DNA of 52,491 nucleotides from a virus (Duplodnaviria; Caudoviricetes): IMG/VR virus record IMGVR_UViG_3300045107_000189, positions 1 to 52,491 of that record; one strand, 5' to 3'. Shown piece by piece: positions 50,802 to 52,491 of this stretch (position 1 is its first letter; each line of letters starts with the position of its first letter). The notes under the pieces were generated by a model. It saw only the letters and a program-made list of their open reading frames with translations, ran no database searches and was not told where the DNA came from. The position numbers and the translations under genes were made by a program.

Positions 50802-51879
50802 ACCGGACCAGCGAGGCCTGCCGCCGCACACGCGGGAGCGCGACGGCTACTACTCGTGGCGGGATCCGCTCACCGGGAAGGAGTACGGCCTCGGGCGCGA
50901 TCGGCTCCGCGCGATCTCGGAGGCGATCGAGGCGAACATGCGCATCGCCGCGCAGCTCGAGCAGGAGCGGCCGCGGCTCGTCGATCGACTCAGCGGCGAC
51001 GGCGACCGCACGTTCGGCGCCTGGCTCACCCGCTACGACACGTTCCTCGGCACGCTGAAGCTCGCGGAGAACACCCGCCGCGCCTACAAGTCGCTGTCGA
51101 AGCGCGCCGGCGAGCTGCTCGGCCGCGAGAAGCCGATCCGCCGCATCACCGCGCTGGACCTCACGGCCGCGTTCGACGCGGTGAAGGCCGAGGGCAAGGA
51201 GCGCGCGGCCCAGGCGCTGCGCTCGTGGCTGAAGGACTGCTTCCGCCAGGCGGTGGCGGATGGCTGGATCGACGAAAGCCCGGTGCGCGCTACGCGCGCG
51301 GTGCAGGTGGAAGTCAAGCGCGCGCGGCTCACGCTCGAGGTCTTCCGGCAGGTCTACGCGTCCGAGATCCCAGCCTGGCTGCGGAACGCCATGGCGCTCG
51401 GCCTCGTGACAGCGCAGCGCCGGGAGGACATCTCCCTCGCCCGGTTCGCAGACGTGCGAGACGGCGGCTGGTGGGTCGAGCAGACGAAGACGAAGAACCG
51501 GGTGTTCCTGCCGCCCGAGCTACGGCTGGAGGCGTTCGGGATGAGCCTCGACGAGGTCGTGCGCCAGTGCCGGACGACGGGCGTGCTGTCGAAGCACCTC
51601 GTGCACCAGGTGCAGCCCTTCGGCAACTCGCCGGTGGGCTCGCGGATCTGGAAGGACACGATCAGCCGGCGCTTCTCGGACGCCGTGGAGGCTCTGCAGC
51701 TCGACTGGGGCGACCGCGCGCCGCCGACGTTCCACGAGATCCGCAGCCTCTCGGAGCGGCTCTACGCGGCGCAGGGCAACGTCAGCACGCAGGAGCTGCT
51801 CGGGCACAAGGATCCGCGCTCCACGCGGCTGTACCACGACTCGCGCGGCGCGGAGTGGGTGAAGGTGCGGGTGGGATGA
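50782..51879 (+). CDS. int: Tyrosine integrase, lambda Int family
   Basis: Arm-binding YYSWRDPLTGKEYGLG; catalytic R, K, HEIRSL, LLGH and Y residues. Confidence 0.96.
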   Translation: MAPRMRRPDQRGLPPHTRERDGYYSWRDPLTGKEYGLGRDRLRAISEAIEANMRIAAQLEQERPRLVDRLSGDGDRTFGAWLTRYDTFLGTLKLAENTRRAYKSLSKRAGELLGREKPIRRITALDLTAAFDAVKAEGKERAAQALRSWLKDCFRQAVADGWIDESPVRATRAVQVEVKRARLTLEVFRQVYASEIPAWLRNAMALGLVTAQRREDISLARFADVRDGGWWVEQTKTKNRVFLPPELRLEAFGMSLDEVVRQCRTTGVLSKHLVHQVQPFGNSPVGSRIWKDTISRRFSDAVEALQLDWGDRAPPTFHEIRSLSERLYAAQGNVSTQELLGHKDPRSTRLYHDSRGAEWVKVRVG

Positions 51880-52208
51880 CCGTGTCGGAGAACGTCACCC
51901 GACTGCCGATCAGGGCGCGCGAGCACGGGAAGCGCGGGCTTCACGTCGTGCAGTCGACGTTCACCGCCGAGAAGTGCCGCCACACGCCGGACGGCAACAC
52001 GTACGAAGTAGACGATGCCGCAGGAACCGTCGAGTGTGGCAAGTGCGGCGCGAAGCTGTCGCCGACGTGGGTGCTGCTCCAGCTCGCGCACGCCGAGAGC
52101 ATCTGGCTGAACAACCGCGACCGGCACCACGCGATGCTGAAGAAGCTCGAGGCACGCTCGCGCGCGAAGTGCGACCACTGCGGGAAGATGACGAGCGTGC
52201 GCCCGTGA
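51876..52208 (+). CDS. Zinc-finger protein (110 aa) between int and att
   Basis: CRH...CGKC...CDHC; ATGA coupling to int. Confidence 0.75.
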   Translation: MTVSENVTRLPIRAREHGKRGLHVVQSTFTAEKCRHTPDGNTYEVDDAAGTVECGKCGAKLSPTWVLLQLAHAESIWLNNRDRHHAMLKKLEARSRAKCDHCGKMTSVRP

Positions 52209-52260
52209 CGCGTCGTATGTCGCCCTGACATCTGCCGCGAGCCACCACTGTATACGCGGC

Positions 52261-52298
52261 GCGAATGGGAGACGCAGTGGGAGGCGAATGGGAGAGCG
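52261..52298 (+). repeat. Three tandem putative Int arm-type sites
   Basis: GCGAATGGGAG, GCAGTGGGAG, GCGAATGGGAG. Confidence 0.65.
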
Positions 52299-52324
52299 CC
52301 GAGAGGCACGCCCAAGGCGCTGTT

Positions 52325-52393
52325 CTAGCGACGATTTTCCGGGCGAGCGCCTGCTATTGGTACTTTGCCCATGCACAGGAACAGGATTCTCAC
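52325..52393 (-). pseudogene. Displaced native 5' end of the phosphatase gene
   Basis: GGAGA RBS plus GTG; reads MRILFLCMG then KVPIAGARPENRR-stop in phage DNA. Confidence 0.85.
52365..52387. repeat. att core, right junction
   Basis: Identical to 105-127. Confidence 0.95.
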
Positions 52394-52437
52394 GTCGATC
52401 TCCGCACTCCCGGCGGGGCGTCGCTCGCCGCCGCGAC

Positions 52438-52491
52438 TCAGCGCCTGCCACTCCGCGCAGCCGCGCGGAACGCCGCCTCCGCCGCCGCGAG
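52438..52491 (-). CDS. 3' end of the upstream host gene (possibly kdsB)
   Basis: LAAAEAAFRAAARSGRR-stop; identity inferred only from the common kdsB-ptpA gene order. Confidence 0.35.
   Translation of the reverse strand, partial: LAAAEAAFRAAARSGRR

Larger units (their letters stand above)
105..52387. mobile_element. Lambda-like prophage, apparently complete
   Basis: Flanking 23-bp direct repeats, int/xis at one end, and full head, tail, lysis, replication and immunity modules. Confidence 0.96.

Overview
The window is almost entirely one apparently complete, roughly 52.3 kb lambda-like (long non-contractile tail) prophage in a very GC-rich, probably gammaproteobacterial host. It is bounded by a 23-bp direct repeat, TTGCCCATGCACAGGAACAGGAT (105-127 and 52365-52387). 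This repeat lies inside the 5' end of a host low-molecular-weight protein tyrosine phosphatase gene, and the phage appears to rebuild that gene with its own start codon and a candidate promoter. On the minus strand, reading right to left, are: cro/cII-like regulators; an O-like initiator with an internal iteron origin; a DUF1064 nuclease; a Q-like late regulator; a ~6.5 kb accessory appendage module built around a 22-aa-repeat scaffold; a gpZ-like gene; an HNH nuclease; a cos-like region; terminases; the gpW/portal/protease/decoration/capsid genes; tail genes with a -1 frameshift chaperone; the tape measure; a 1829-aa tail tip; and a distal lysis cassette. On the plus strand are a PEP-CTERM plus HEPN-like moron, a peptidase-less repressor, and a long early operon. 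That operon carries an HD hydrolase, a ParB split by an in-frame TAG, an HNH nuclease, YfdP/YfdQ-like genes, a candidate structured ncRNA, an ASCH-like gene, a HerA-like ATPase and tRNA-Gly(UCC), and ends in xis and int. All calls come from motif recognition and synteny by eye; no database searches were run.
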